In this document: one piece after another, positions 19,751 through 31,085 of the stretch | Layout: the number at the start of each line of letters is the position of its first letter | Numbering within the stretch: position 1 is the first letter of the stretch | Assembly: GCA_963842525.1 (NCBI GenBank) | Contig: CAWJGT010000006.1 | Location: 32,001-96,000 of the forward strand | Source: an uncultured Holophagales bacterium | GTDB taxonomy: Bacteria > Acidobacteriota > Thermoanaerobaculia > Multivoradales > UBA5704 | DNA length: 64,000 nt | Reading direction: 5' to 3' | The notes under the pieces: model-generated | The model's input: the letters and a program-made list of their open reading frames with translations, nothing else | Told to the model about the DNA's origin: nothing | Database searches by the model: none | Program-made: the position numbers and the translations under genes

Positions 19751-20774
19751 ATGATCGAAGCGCAGAGCCTGACCCGCCGCTATGGCGACTTCACCGCCGT
19801 CCAGGATGTCTCGTTCTCGGTCGGTGAAAGGGAGATCGTCGGCATGCTGGGGCCGAACGGGGCGGGCAAGACCACCACGATCCGCATGATCACCGGCTTC
19901 CTGCCGCCGACCGGCGGGCGGGTCACCGTCGCCGGCAAGGATCTGTTCGAGGCGCCGCAGGAGGCCCGCCGGCAGCTCGGATACCTGCCGGAGAACGTGG
20001 CCCTCTACAACGAGATGCGCGTCGAGGAGTACCTGGCCTACCGCGCCCGCCTGGAAGGCATGCCGCGCGCCGACGCCCGCGGCGCCATCGGCGAGGCGAT
20101 CGAGCGCTGCCTCCTGACCGACGTGCGCAGCCAGATCATCGGCACCCTGTCCAAGGGTTATCGCCAGCGCGTCGGCCTCGCCACCGCGATCCTCCACCGG
20201 CCCAGCGTTCTGGTGCTCGACGAGCCCACCGTCGGCCTCGATCCGAAGCAGATCATCGCCATCCGCGAGCTGATCCGCGATCTGGGCCGCGAGCGGACGC
20301 TGTTGCTGTCGACCCACATCCTCCCGGAGGTCGAGCTGCTCTGCAACCGCGTGATGATCATCGACCGCGGGCGGATCGTGGCCGAGGGCACGCCAGAAAG
20401 CCTGCGCGAGAGCTGGATGGGCAATCCCACCCTGCGGATCTGCTTCAAGGGAGATCCGGAAGGCGTTGCCGAGACGCTCACGCAGCTCCCCGGCGTCACG
20501 GGCGGGCGGCCCGGAACAGGAGAAGGGGCCTGGGTGATCGAGCACGCGCCGGGAGCCGACCCCCGTGAGGAGATCTTCCACGAGGCGGTCGCGCCGCGGC
20601 TGGGTGCTCCTCGAGATGGTCCGCGAGCGGGCGACCATGGAAGACGTCTTCGTCCGCCTGACCACGCACGATATGGCGGCTGCCGAAGGCGCCGCGGAAC
20701 CCCAGGAGCTGCCGGAGCCGTCAGCGGACACACCGCCGGAGCCGCCGGCTGAAGAAGAGGAGGTGGTGTCGTGA
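19751..20774 (+). CDS. ABC transporter ATP-binding protein, GldA-like (frameshift near 20595)
   Basis: GPNGAGKTT, LSKGYRQRVG, LDEPTVGLDP, STH; C-terminus in ORF 20565-20774. Confidence 0.9.
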
Positions 20775-21502
20775 AAGCCGTCTGGGCGACGTTCCTGCGC
20801 GAGCTGCGGGCCTATTTCTTCTCGCCGCTCGCCTATGTGGTCCTGTTCTTCTTCCTGGTGGTCAACGGCGTCATCTTCGCCAACCTGATCGGCGCCCTGG
20901 CCGATCCGCGGGCGCCCGCCGAGCCGGCGCTCGGCTTCTTCTTCCGCAGCACGTGGCTGATGCTGATCCTCCTCGGGCCGGTGCTCACCATGCGCCTGGT
21001 CAGCGAGGAGCTGCGCAGCGGCTCGATCGAGGTGCTGATGACCGCCCCGGTGACCGAGGGCCAGGTGATCGCCGGCAAGTACCTGGCGGCGCTCACCTTC
21101 TTCGCCTTCCTCTGGCTGCCGACCGCCGCCTATGCCCTGCTGATCTCCCGCCACAGCGACGTGGACTGGGGCCCGATCGCCGCCGGCTATCTCGGCATCC
21201 TCGGCATCGGCGCGCTGTTCCTGGCTGCCGGCATCTTCGCCTCGGCCATGACACGCAGCCAGCTGGTGGCCGCCATGGTGACCGTGGCCCTCCTCTTCCT
21301 CCTTTTCCTGCTCGGCATGTTCGAGGAGCTGGTCACCCACGAGAACATCAAGCAGCTCCTGGGCTACATCAATCTCTGGAACCACATCGACGAATTCGCC
21401 CGCGGGATCGTCGACACCCGACGGCTGGTCTACTACCTGTCGGGAAGCCTGTTCTTCCTGTTCCTGGCGAGCCGGGCGCTCGCAGACAAGAAGTGGAGAT
21501 AG
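20771..21502 (+). CDS. ABC-2 permease, GldF-like
   Basis: RELRAYFFSPLAYVV, TMRLVSEELRSGSIEVLMTAP; about six TM helices. Confidence 0.9.
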   Translation: MKAVWATFLRELRAYFFSPLAYVVLFFFLVVNGVIFANLIGALADPRAPAEPALGFFFRSTWLMLILLGPVLTMRLVSEELRSGSIEVLMTAPVTEGQVIAGKYLAALTFFAFLWLPTAAYALLISRHSDVDWGPIAAGYLGILGIGALFLAAGIFASAMTRSQLVAAMVTVALLFLLFLLGMFEELVTHENIKQLLGYINLWNHIDEFARGIVDTRRLVYYLSGSLFFLFLASRALADKKWR

Positions 21503-21507
21503 ACCCG

Positions 21508-22978
21508 ATGGCGAACACGAACATGAGCCGTCAGCTCGTCAAGACCGGTACGCTCTCGGCGGGCGTCCTGCTGGTCGCCGCCCTGCTCCTCATCGTCAAC
21601 TATTTCGGCTGGAAGTACCACAAGCGGTTCGACTGGACCGAGGACAGCATCTATACCCTGTCGGAGAAGAGCGAAAACGTCCTCAAGGACCTGAAGCGCG
21701 ACGTGGAGTTCGTGGTCTTCCTGCCGCCCGGCAGCAGACATGTACGAGCCGGTCCGCGAGCTCCTCTCGCACTACGACGCGGCCTCGCAGCGGGTCTCGG
21801 TGCGCTACTACGACCCCGAGCGCAACCCTGTCGAGGCCCAGCAGCTCCTGCAGAAGTACAACGTCGCGAACCCGGGCGTCGTGGTGGTGAGCGGCAGACG
21901 ACAAGCGGGTGATCGACAGCAACGACCTCGCCGAGATGGACTTTTCGGGCATGCAGATGGGGCAGGCGCCGCAGATGACCGGCTTCAAGGGGGAGCAGCT
22001 CTTCACCGGCGCCATCCTCCAGCTCTCGGAGGGGCGCAAGCCCAAGGTCCTGTTCACCACCGGCCATGGCGAGCGCTCGCTCGACGACCAGCGACATCCA
22101 TGGCCTGGCGGGCATCCAGGAGATCCTCGGGCGCGACAACTTCGAGCTGGAGGAGTGGGCCCCGCTCGGCAAGCCGGCCGTCCCGGACGGCACCGACCTG
22201 CTGGTGATCGCCGGCCCGACCGGCGGGTTCCTGCAGCCGGAGCTCGACGCCTTCGCCGCCTACCTGAACAACGGCGGACGCATGCTGGTGATGCTCGACC
22301 CCACCCTCGGGCAGACCGCGGGCGCGGGGCTGATCGCCCACCGGCCTCGAGCCCTGGCTGGCCAGCTGCGGCGTCAAGGTGGGCAACGACATCGTCGTCG
22401 ACCCGCCCAACGCCCTGCCGATCTTCAGCGCCGCAGACGTCTTCTTCTCGAAGCCAGTACGGCGACCATCCGATCACCAAGCCGCTGGCGCAGGTCGACG
22501 TGCCGGTGCTGCTCAACCTGGCCCGCTCGGTCGCAGCAGGGGAAGCCGGGGAAGGGCTCCAGGTCGCGGAGCTGCTCAAGACCTCCGGCCGAGGGTTGGG
22601 GCGAGACCAACCTCGCGCAGCTCGAGACGGTGGAGCGCGACGCCGCCGACGTGGCCGGTCCGGTCCCCATGGGCGTGGCCGTCGAGCGCGACGGCGCCGG
22701 CAAGCAAGATGCGCCTGGTCGTCTATCGGCGACTCCGACTTCGCCACCAACCAGCTCGTCCAGGCGCAACCCGGCCAACGCCGTGCTGCTCGCGAACTCC
22801 CTCAACTGGCTGGTCGAGCGCGAGGCGCTGCTCGACCATCCCGCCCAAGAAGACGGAGCAGGTGCGGCTCAACCTGACGGGTGGACAGCTCCGCACGCTC
22901 TACCTGCTGACCCTGCTGGTGCTGCCGGGCCTGGCCGTCGTGGCTGGCACCATGGTCTACGTCCGTCGCCGGAGGTGA
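21508..22978 (+). CDS. ABC transporter auxiliary component, GldG-like (multiple frameshifts)
   Basis: Consecutive fragments in changing frames: RFDWTEDSIYTLS, FTTGHGER, LLVIAGP, GDSDFATN, NSLNWL, then a C-terminal TM helix ending RRRR. Confidence 0.75.
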
Positions 22979-22985
22979 TCCGTCC

Positions 22986-24461
22986 ATGAAACCGCGCACG
23001 CTTCTCATCCTGCTGGCCCTCGTCGCCGGGCTTGGCGCTTTCATCTGGTTCTACGAGCGCGAGCTGCCGTCGAGCGAGGAGCGGGCCGAAAATGCCAAGA
23101 AGGTGCTGCAGATCGAGAAGGATGATGTGCAGAAGGTGACGATCAAGGCTCCCTCGGGGGAAGTGGTCCTGGAGCGGGTGGTAGAGGCAAAGGACGGCAA
23201 GGACGAAAAGGACCAAGAGGACGAGACGGAGGAGACGGACGAGGCGGAGGAGGCGAGCGAGGAGCTTGGCGAGCCCGCGGCCGAGTGGCGGATCGTCCAG
23301 CCCTTGCAGGCGCATGCCGACGCCTTCGCGGTCGACGGCCTGCTCGACTCCCTGGTGTCGCTGGAGAAGAGCCGCACTCTCGAGGACGTGGACCCCAAGG
23401 CCACGGGACTCGACACGCCGCGCGCCACGGTCCGCCTCGACACCAAGGAGGGAGAGAAGACCCTGCAGCTCGGCGCCGCGGTCCCCACGGGCGGCCAGCT
23501 CATCGCGGCGCTCGCGGGGAGAAAGGACGCCTACGTGGTCAGCGACGCGGTCTTCTCCCAACTCGACCGCGACCCGGGCTCCTGGCGCGACAAGCAGCTC
23601 TTCCGGGCGGGCCGTGACGCCATCGCGCGGATCTCACTCGTGTCTGGCGGCCAGCGGATCGTGCTGGCGCAGGAGAAGGACCGTTTCCGGATCGAGGCGC
23701 CGTTCCGCGACCGCGCCGACCGCGACCGGATCGACGACCTCTACGCCGACCTCTCGGGGCTGGTCGTGGAGAGCTTCGTGGACGCTCCGCGCCCGCCGGC
23801 CGAGCTCGGGCTCGCGCCGCCGCAGGCGGTCGTCGAAGTGTCGTTCCGCAAGGGGGCGCCGGTGCGCATCGAGCTGGGAGGCCCTGTCGACGGCGCCGCG
23901 CCGGAGCCGCCCATGGATCCCGCAGCGCCGCCGCAGGCCGGGCTCGTCTACGGGCGCATCGGCTCCCAGGTCTTCGAGGCCCGCACCCCGCTCGCCGAGG
24001 CCGCGGCCCGGCCTCCCGCGGAGTGGCGCGCCCTGGGCGTGGCCGCTTTCGAGGTCCACGAGGTCGACGCGGCGACCGTGAAGGACGGCAAGGGCGAGCT
24101 CCGCCTGACCCGGGCCGGCACCGACTGGAAGCGCGGGGACGAGACGATCTCCTACGTCTCGGTCAGCGATCTGCTGTTCGCGGTGACCGATGCCAAGGCC
24201 GACCGGCTGCTGACTCCGCAGGAGGCGGCTGGCCTGGGAGCTTCCCTGGCCCGGCCGGTGGTCACGATCGACCTCGACGCCAAGGACGCCGGCAAGGAGA
24301 CTCTCATGCTCTACCCGCCGGTCGCCGCCGGCACCCCCGCCCGCGTCAGCGGACGCGACGTGGTGCTCCTCCTCCCGGGCGGCAAGCTCAAGGAGGTCCA
24401 GGACCGGATCGCGGACGTGCGCAAGGCGCTGACGCTCAAGGAAGAAGACCAGAAACCGTAG
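22986..24461 (+). CDS. DUF4340-like periplasmic protein
   Basis: N-terminal anchor; repeated W-I-P..AD...GL.PP motifs; WRDKQLF; usual position after GldG-like genes. Confidence 0.75.
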   Translation: MKPRTLLILLALVAGLGAFIWFYERELPSSEERAENAKKVLQIEKDDVQKVTIKAPSGEVVLERVVEAKDGKDEKDQEDETEETDEAEEASEELGEPAAEWRIVQPLQAHADAFAVDGLLDSLVSLEKSRTLEDVDPKATGLDTPRATVRLDTKEGEKTLQLGAAVPTGGQLIAALAGRKDAYVVSDAVFSQLDRDPGSWRDKQLFRAGRDAIARISLVSGGQRIVLAQEKDRFRIEAPFRDRADRDRIDDLYADLSGLVVESFVDAPRPPAELGLAPPQAVVEVSFRKGAPVRIELGGPVDGAAPEPPMDPAAPPQAGLVYGRIGSQVFEARTPLAEAAARPPAEWRALGVAAFEVHEVDAATVKDGKGELRLTRAGTDWKRGDETISYVSVSDLLFAVTDAKADRLLTPQEAAGLGASLARPVVTIDLDAKDAGKETLMLYPPVAAGTPARVSGRDVVLLLPGGKLKEVQDRIADVRKALTLKEEDQKP

Positions 24462-24526
24462 CCCTTGCCCCGGGTTGACACCCTGGGCTACCGAATGTCG
24501 CCCTCCGGGCTCGGGAGAGCCGAGGG
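24461..24526 (+). repeat. Palindromic repeat family B (CCCCGGGTTGACACCCTGGGCTAC...CGCCCTCCGGGCT)
   Basis: Nearly identical to the reverse complement of 59174-59238. Confidence 0.8.
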
Positions 24527-24571
24527 GCGAGCGGGCGCGGCCCGGACGGCCAAGTTAACGCCTATGCCCCC

Positions 24572-24780
24572 TGGACACTTGCGAGGCCCCGCGGGAAATG
24601 TCCACGGCCCTGCGGTGAGCCTTGCCGGTCCCGCGGGACCACTGCGAGTCACCGCAGGCAACGTCCATGGTCCCGTGGTGAAACCTGCCGGTCCCGCGGA
24701 CCACTGCGAGTCACCGCAGGGAACGTCCATGGTCCCGTGGTGAAACCTGCCGGTCTCGCGGGACCACTGCGAGTCACCGG
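24572..24780. repeat. Tandem repeat, 62-63 bp unit (3 x 21 bp), about 3.3 copies
   Basis: Units start at 24600, 24663 and 24725: GTCCAYGGYCCYGYGGTGA..C.TGCCGGTCYCGCGG(G)ACCACTGCGAGTCACCG. Confidence 0.9.
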
Positions 24781-24817
24781 ACCTGCTGTGGCCTGTGGAA
24801 GGATGGCGCCGCAGCGG

Positions 24818-24839
24818 AGACGCCCCACGGGGCGTCTAC
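24818..24839 (-). repeat. GTAG-type REP-like hairpin
   Basis: Minus strand reads GTAG-ACGCCCC-GT-GGGGCGT-CT. Confidence 0.45.
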
Positions 24840-24858
24840 CGGCAGGAAGGAGAGATTG

Positions 24859-25422
24859 TTACGTGCCCTCCACTGCGGGCTGTCCTCCGAAAGAAGGCGG
24901 ATCGCTCGCCGGGAACCTCCAGTGCGCCTTGATGTAGTTCCTGAGGACCGTTGTGGCGCCGAGGTCAACGGTACCCCGTTGGACCTCCTCCTCCAGACTG
25001 CGCCACACCTTCCGCATCTGGTCGCGTGCGGGCTCGCCGCTGCCTTCCTCATCCTCCATCAGGGAGAGCTCCCTGACTGGCGCGGCGGCAAACCGCGATG
25101 GCGTCGGATGTCTGGCCCCGGCGGAGATAGAAACCGAACAGGTAGACCAAGTCCAGGTAGAAGTCCTTTATCAGCCCGTGTTCCAGATCGCCGGCAATCA
25201 CCCCTTGAAAGAGGATTTCTGCCTTTTTCGGCCGCCCCAGGTGCTCCAGAATGCGGGCCGCGGAAAACCGTCCTCTGAGTTGGATGTAGGGTTCGCGGAG
25301 TTGTTCGTACAACCCCTCAGGGCATTGAACCTGATAAGTGCCTCTTGGGGCGCACCTATTCCTATGAGGCAATCAATCTTCGTAGTCTGTGCGAACCATA
25401 CAAGCCCTGTCCCCAAGGACAA
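24859..25422 (-). pseudogene. Fragment of a helical/TPR-like protein (two frameshifts, probably 5'-truncated)
   Basis: Three ORFs join into ...QEALIRFNALRG/LYEQLREPYIQLRGRFSAARILEHLG...AIAVCRRAS/..MEDEEG...NYIKAHWR. More AT-rich than the flanks. Confidence 0.5.
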
Positions 25423-25463
25423 GCCATTGCTTTGCCCGGACGAGCCCGGAAAGGGAGGTTCCT

Positions 25464-26118
25464 ATGGAATTTTTCGAAGCCCCGATCCTGGAAACCGAGC
25501 GCCTGCGGTTGAGGCCGCTCCGCAAGAGCGACATCGACGACTATGCCGCGCTGAACGCAGACCCTGAAGTGATGCGCTATGTCGGAGGGCCGTGGGACCG
25601 GGGCCGGGCCTGGCGGCACCTCGCCTTCCTGATGGGACATTGGCAGCTCGGCGGAGCCGGAATGTGGGCGGTCGAGCTCCGGGCGAACGGCGCGTTCGTG
25701 TGGGTGGTTGGTTTCGCGGAGCCGGAGGGCTGGCCGGGCTGCGAGGCAGCCTGGAAGCTGGCCCGGCGCTGGTGGGGCCACGGCTATGCCACCGAGGCCG
25801 CACGAGCGGCCCTGGGTTACGCCTTCTCCATCTGGAAGAAGGACCGCATTGTCAGCCTCATCGAGCCGGGCAACCTCGCCTCCATCCGGGTTGCCGAGCA
25901 TGGGAGAGGCTCTGCAAGGCCGCAACGGCATCCTGGGCCGCGAGCACCTCGTCTATGGGCTGGACCGGGAAACCTACGCGGCGCAGATGGCACCGTTCCC
26001 CCCTCTCCCGGCCGGTGGGAGGCCGATGGGAGAGGAGGGCCAGGGGGGTGAGGCTCTACAGGTGCTCGTCGCGCCCGCGCTCGTCCTCCGAACGCTGGGC
26101 CATCGAGCCGCGGGGTGA
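25464..26118 (+). CDS. GNAT acetyltransferase, RimJ/RimL family (frameshift near 25900; 3' end uncertain)
   Basis: ILETERLRLRPL, WWGHGYATEAARA, NLASIRVAE; GGGAGG RBS. The 3' end runs into a family A repeat. Confidence 0.8.
25998..26053. repeat. Family A repeat between convergent genes
   Basis: CCCCCCTCTCCC...GGGAGAGGAGGGCCAGGGGGGTGAGG. Confidence 0.75.
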
Positions 26119-27630
26119 GATACCCTGCTTGGCGATCTCCAGACCCGTGTAGGTGGCCATGACGCTGTGCTTGCGCCCGTAGAGGAAGTAGATCACGAAG
26201 CCGATCGCCAGCCAGGCGAAGAGCCGCCACCAGTTGTCCGCCGGCAGCGAGAACATCAGCATCAGGCAGCAGAGGATGCCGAGGACGGGGATCACCGGGA
26301 CCCAGGGGCAGCGGAACGGGCGCTCGGCGTCGGGGTATTTCTTGCGCATGATGAGGACCGCGGCGCACACGATGACGAAGGCGAACAGGGTGCCGATGTT
26401 CGTCAGGTGGAGGAGGAAGCCGAGCGGCAGGAAGCCGGTCATGATGCAGACGAAGACCCCGATCAGGATCGTCGACCGCCAGGGCGTGCGGAACTTCGGG
26501 TGGACGTCGCCGAAGAACCCCTTGGGCACCAGGCCGTCGCGCGCCATCGCCAGGAACACCCGGGGTCCGGAGAGCATCATCACCAGGAGCACCGAGGTGA
26601 TGCCGGCCACACCGGCAATTGCGATGATCACCTCGGCGATGTCGAGCCCCTGTTGCTTGAACGCGTCGCTGACCCCCGCCGCGGTGTCGATCTGGTTGTA
26701 CTTGACCATGCCGGTGAGCACGGCGACCACGGCGATATAGAGGACCGTGCAGATGAGCAGCGAGGCGATGATGCCGATCGGCACGTCGCGTTGCGGGTTC
26801 TTCGCCTCCTCGGCGTGGGTGGAGACCGAGTCGAAGCCGATGTAGGCGAAGAAGATGATCGCCGCGCCGGCCAGCATGCCCAACGGCGTGCCGCTCGGGT
26901 CGGTCTGGCCGGCGATGTGATTGCCGAAGAAGTTGAGCCCCGTCCAGCCGTACGGCGCGAACGGTTGCCAGTTCTCCGCGTTGATGTAGAACGCGCCGAC
27001 GCCGATCACGAACAGCACGGCGGCCAATTTGACCCCGACCATCGTGGCGTTGAAGCTGGCGCTCTCGGAGATCCCCTTGACGAGGACGGCGGTGACGATG
27101 ACGACGACGATGATGGCCGGCAGGTTGATGAACGAGCCGGTGGAGACGAAATCGCCGGTCGCCGTGTCGTACCGGATGGGCGCGTCCCGCAGGGCCACCG
27201 GCAGGGTGAGCCCGGCCTTCGTCATGACGCTCTGGAAGTACCCGGACCAGCCGTTGGCGACGGTCGCGCTCCCTACGGCGTACTCCAGGACCAGGTCCCA
27301 GCCGATGATCCAGGCGAACAGCTCGCCCATCGTGGCGTACGCATAGGTGTAGGCCGAGCCGGCGACGGGCACCATCGAGGCGAACTCCGCATAGCAGAGC
27401 GCCGCGAAGATGCAGGTGATGCCGGCGACGACGTAGGAGAGCATCAGCGCCGGACCGGCGATGTTGTGGGCCGCCTCGCCGGTCGCCACGAAGATGCCCG
27501 CGCCGATGATCGCGCCGACGCCCAGCGCCGAGAGCTGGACCGGCCCGAGCACGCGCTTCAGCCGGTTCTCGCTCTTCATCTCCTCCAGGAGGAGCTCGAG
27601 CGGTTTTCTCGCGAAGAGACGATTTGCCAT
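26056..27630 (-). CDS. APC-superfamily amino acid permease (CAT-like)
   Basis: GAIIGAGIF, YAEFASMVPVAGSAYTY, FFAYIGFD, EEAKNPQRD. Confidence 0.92.
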   Translation of the reverse strand: MANRLFARKPLELLLEEMKSENRLKRVLGPVQLSALGVGAIIGAGIFVATGEAAHNIAGPALMLSYVVAGITCIFAALCYAEFASMVPVAGSAYTYAYATMGELFAWIIGWDLVLEYAVGSATVANGWSGYFQSVMTKAGLTLPVALRDAPIRYDTATGDFVSTGSFINLPAIIVVVIVTAVLVKGISESASFNATMVGVKLAAVLFVIGVGAFYINAENWQPFAPYGWTGLNFFGNHIAGQTDPSGTPLGMLAGAAIIFFAYIGFDSVSTHAEEAKNPQRDVPIGIIASLLICTVLYIAVVAVLTGMVKYNQIDTAAGVSDAFKQQGLDIAEVIIAIAGVAGITSVLLVMMLSGPRVFLAMARDGLVPKGFFGDVHPKFRTPWRSTILIGVFVCIMTGFLPLGFLLHLTNIGTLFAFVIVCAAVLIMRKKYPDAERPFRCPWVPVIPVLGILCCLMLMFSLPADNWWRLFAWLAIGFVIYFLYGRKHSVMATYTGLEIAKQGISPRGSMAQRSEDERGRDEHL

Positions 27631-27652
27631 GAAATTAGATCCTCCTCAGGGC

Positions 27653-29209
27653 TCAAGTAGGCGCGTCCCCCCCGGGGGAGGGGACCGCTGTCCCGGCTCG
27701 CCGCCAGAGGAAATAGACAGGAATGCCGGTCAGCACGATGAGCAGGCCCGGCCAGGTGGTGGATGTCCGATAGAACAGCAGCACGATCAGGATGGTCAGT
27801 GCGGCCAGCATGTAGAGCACCGGCACGACCGGGTACCCGAAAGCGCGGTAGGGGCGCTCCGCGTCCGGCCGTTTGCGCCGCAGCACGAAGATGCCGGCGA
27901 TCGTCAGCACGTAGAAGATCAGCACCGAGAAGACCACGTAGTCGAGCAGGTTGCCGTACAGGTTGCCGTACTGGGCCTGGCCCGTCGCCGGGTCGAGGAG
28001 CGTTGCGCCGTCCTCGCCGCGCAGACGCGTGCGGGGCAGCACCAGGAGCGCGGCCCAGGCGCACTGGAGGATCAGCCCCATGGCCGGCACGCGCCGCTCG
28101 TTGAGCTGGCCCGTCGAGCGGAAGAACAGGCCGTCCCGCGCCATGGCGTAATAGACGCGGGCGCCGGCGAGGATCAGGCCGTTGTTGCAGCCGAAGGTGG
28201 AGATCAGGATGGCCACCGCCATGATCGACGCCCCCGCCGGGCCGAAGATGACCTGCAGGGCGGCCGTCCCCACCCGGTCGTCGGGCGCCGTCTGGATCGC
28301 CTCCAGGGGCAGGACGCAGAGGTAGGCCACGTTGGCCAGAACGTAGAGCAGGATCACCAGGCCGGTGCCCAGGGCCAGCGATCGCGGGATGTTGCGCCGC
28401 GGGTCCTTGACCTCGCCGGCCGTGAAGGTGATGTTGTTCCACGCGTCCGAGGAGAAGAGCGAGCCCACCTGGGCGACGCAGAAGGCAACGAAGAGGCCGA
28501 AGGCGCCGGCCGTGGCCGCGACGGTCGGCGTGCTGGGAGGTGTCCAGAATCCCTCCCCGAAGTTGGCCGCGATCGCCTCGGCGTTCCTTCCCACCAGGAT
28601 GCCGAGCAGGATCAGGACGAACAGCGACAGGGTCTTCGCCGAGGTGAAGGTGTTCTGGATCAGCTTGCCGAGCCGGATGCCCCGGGTGTTCAGGAAGGTC
28701 AGGAAGATCAGGAGCAGGATCCCGACGAGCTGTTGGGTCGAGAGGCTGACGGCGTAGCTGTCCGACAGGTCGATGGGAGCGACGATCCATTTGGTGGGCG
28801 AGATCCAGGGGACGAGCACACCGAGGAAGCGGGCGAAAGCGACTCCGACAGCGGCGATCGTGCCGGTCTGGATCACCAGGAACAGGGTCCAGCCGTAGAG
28901 GAAGCCCCAGAGCGGCGAGTAGGCCTCCCGCAGATAGACATACTGCCCGCCGGCCTTCGGCATCATGGCGGCCAGCTCGCCGTAGGAGAGGGCGCCGGCG
29001 ATCGTCAGCAGGCCGGTCACCACCCAGACCATGAGCAGCCAGCCGCCCGAGCCCACCAGGCGGGCGATGTCGGCGGAGACGATGAAGATGCCGGACCCGA
29101 TCATCGAGCCCGCCACGATCATGGTCGAGTCGAGGAGCCCCAGCTCGCGGACGAATCCGGTCGCCGGCTCGTTGCTAGAACTCGTTCTCGCTACAACGCT
29201 TTCCGCCAT
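27653..29209 (-). CDS. APC-superfamily amino acid permease (LAT/SteT-like)
   Basis: GSMIGSGIF, YGELAAMMPKAGGQYVYL, GEVKDPRRNIP. Confidence 0.92.
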   Translation of the reverse strand: MAESVVARTSSSNEPATGFVRELGLLDSTMIVAGSMIGSGIFIVSADIARLVGSGGWLLMVWVVTGLLTIAGALSYGELAAMMPKAGGQYVYLREAYSPLWGFLYGWTLFLVIQTGTIAAVGVAFARFLGVLVPWISPTKWIVAPIDLSDSYAVSLSTQQLVGILLLIFLTFLNTRGIRLGKLIQNTFTSAKTLSLFVLILLGILVGRNAEAIAANFGEGFWTPPSTPTVAATAGAFGLFVAFCVAQVGSLFSSDAWNNITFTAGEVKDPRRNIPRSLALGTGLVILLYVLANVAYLCVLPLEAIQTAPDDRVGTAALQVIFGPAGASIMAVAILISTFGCNNGLILAGARVYYAMARDGLFFRSTGQLNERRVPAMGLILQCAWAALLVLPRTRLRGEDGATLLDPATGQAQYGNLYGNLLDYVVFSVLIFYVLTIAGIFVLRRKRPDAERPYRAFGYPVVPVLYMLAALTILIVLLFYRTSTTWPGLLIVLTGIPVYFLWRRAGTAVPSPGGDAPT

Positions 29210-29257
29210 GGCGTCTCCCAAAAAGATGCACAATCCTACAGGGGGAGCAGGGCCGTG

Positions 29258-31085
29258 TCACGTGCGCGTGGCGGGCGGACCCGGAACCCGCAGCCCGAGC
29301 TGGGCTCCCGAGACGCAGGTGTCGGTCAGCGGGCGCGGCGGGCTGATCCAGTTGCCCTGGGCGTAGTCCACCCCGAGGCCGCGCAGGTGCTCGACCACGG
29401 CGAGGCTCGGGACCCCCTCGGCCACGGTGTGCACCCCCATGACGTGCCCCACCTGGTTGATCGACTCCACCATGGCCCGGTCGAGCGGGTCGGTGACGAT
29501 GTCCCGCACGAACTTGCCGTCGATCTTCAGATAGCTCACCGGCAGGTCGCGCAGGTAGCCGTAGGAGGACATGCCGGAGCCGAAGTCGTCGAGCGCGAAG
29601 TTGACCCCCTGCGCGGAGAGGCGGGCGATCAGCTTCTGGGCCTGGGCCAGGTTCTCGATCGCCGCCGTCTCGGTGATCTCGAAGCAGAGCTTCTGCGGCG
29701 GCAGGCCCGAGCGGGCGATCTCCTCCTCCAGGAATTCGAGGAAGCCCTCGTCCCCCACCGAGGCGGCGGACAGGTTGATCGAGCAGCTCGAGAGCAGGTC
29801 GAGGAATGGGAGCGGCTGTGCCAGCAGGGTCCGGATCGACTCCCGGATCACCCAGCGGTCGATGCTGCGCATGAGGCCGTAGCGCTCGGCGGCGCGCAGG
29901 AAGTCGTTCGGCAGGTGGATGCGGCCGTCCGCCTCGATCAGGCGGAGAAGGACCTCGAAATAGAGCCCGCGGGAGGCCCGCGCCGAGAGCGGCTGGATGC
30001 TCTGCGAGAAGAGGCAGAAGCGGTCCTCTTCCAGGGTCTCCTGGATGCGCAATACCCAGTCCATCTCCCCCTGCCGGCGGATGAAGGCGGCATCGTCCTC
30101 CTGGTAGACCTGGATCTGGTTGCGCCCCTTCTCCTTGGCCACGTAGCAGGCGTGGTCGGCGGCCGAGAGGACCTGGGCGACGGACCGGAGGTCGGCGGTG
30201 ATGGGCACCAGGCCGATGCTGGCCCCGATCTGGAAGGTCCGCTCCCGCCAGGTGAAGCGGTACGCCTGCAGGGCGCGGTGGAAGGCGGTCACCCGCTCCT
30301 GCGCCTCCTCCAGGGTGCAGCGCGGCATCAGCACGGCGAACTCGTCGCCCCCCAGGCGGGCCACCAGGTCGGTGTCTCTCATGCTGTCCTGGAGGATGGA
30401 GGTGACCCGGCAGAGCATCTCGTCGCCGGCGAGGTGGCCGCAGGTGTCGTTGACCAGCTTGAACTGGTCGAGGTCCATGTAGCACAGGGCATGCGTGGAG
30501 CTGCTGCGTTCGACTCTCTTCGAGGGCGCGCTGCAGATGGCCGTCGAAGGCCTGGCGGTTGAACAGCCCGGTCAGCTCGTCGTGGGTGGCCTGGTGGGCG
30601 AGCTGGAGCGCCATCAGCCGCTTGTCGCTCACGTCCTGGAAGACGAGGACCGTGCCGACGATCCGCCCGTCGCGATGGCGGATGGGGGCGCAGGTGCTCT
30701 CGATGGCGTAGCGCCGGCCGTCGCGGCGCTCGAGGGTGATGCGTTCGGTCAGGCGGATGCTGCGCCCGTCCTCCAGGCAGCGGCGCACCAGGGCCGCGGC
30801 ATCCTGTCCGCCGGGGCTCTCGTCGATCAGGTGGAAGACCTCGGTCAGCGGGCGTCCCAGGGTCTCGGAGCGCTCCCAGCCGGTGAGGTTCTCGGCCGCC
30901 GCGTTCAGATACTTGATCCGGCCCGCGTCGTCGGTCGCCAGCACGCCGTCGCCGATCGAGGCCAGGGTGACCTGGGCGAGCTCCTTCTCCGAGAACAGCT
31001 CGGTCATCTTCTCCTCGTAGGCCCGGGTGGTCTGCGCCAGCAGGTTGCGCAGGATCGCGTTGTCGAGCTCGAGCGGGCTCTTCAC
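29258..31085 (-). CDS. PAS-GGDEF-EAL c-di-GMP enzyme (frameshift near 30500)
   Basis: TLASIGDGV (PAS), HDELTGLFNR, DLDQFKLVND, RLGGDEF, EVLLRL, DDFGSG. Confidence 0.9.

Noticed and set aside
24572-24780. Possible CRISPR array
   Set aside because: The units are contiguous with no unique spacers, and no cas genes are present.
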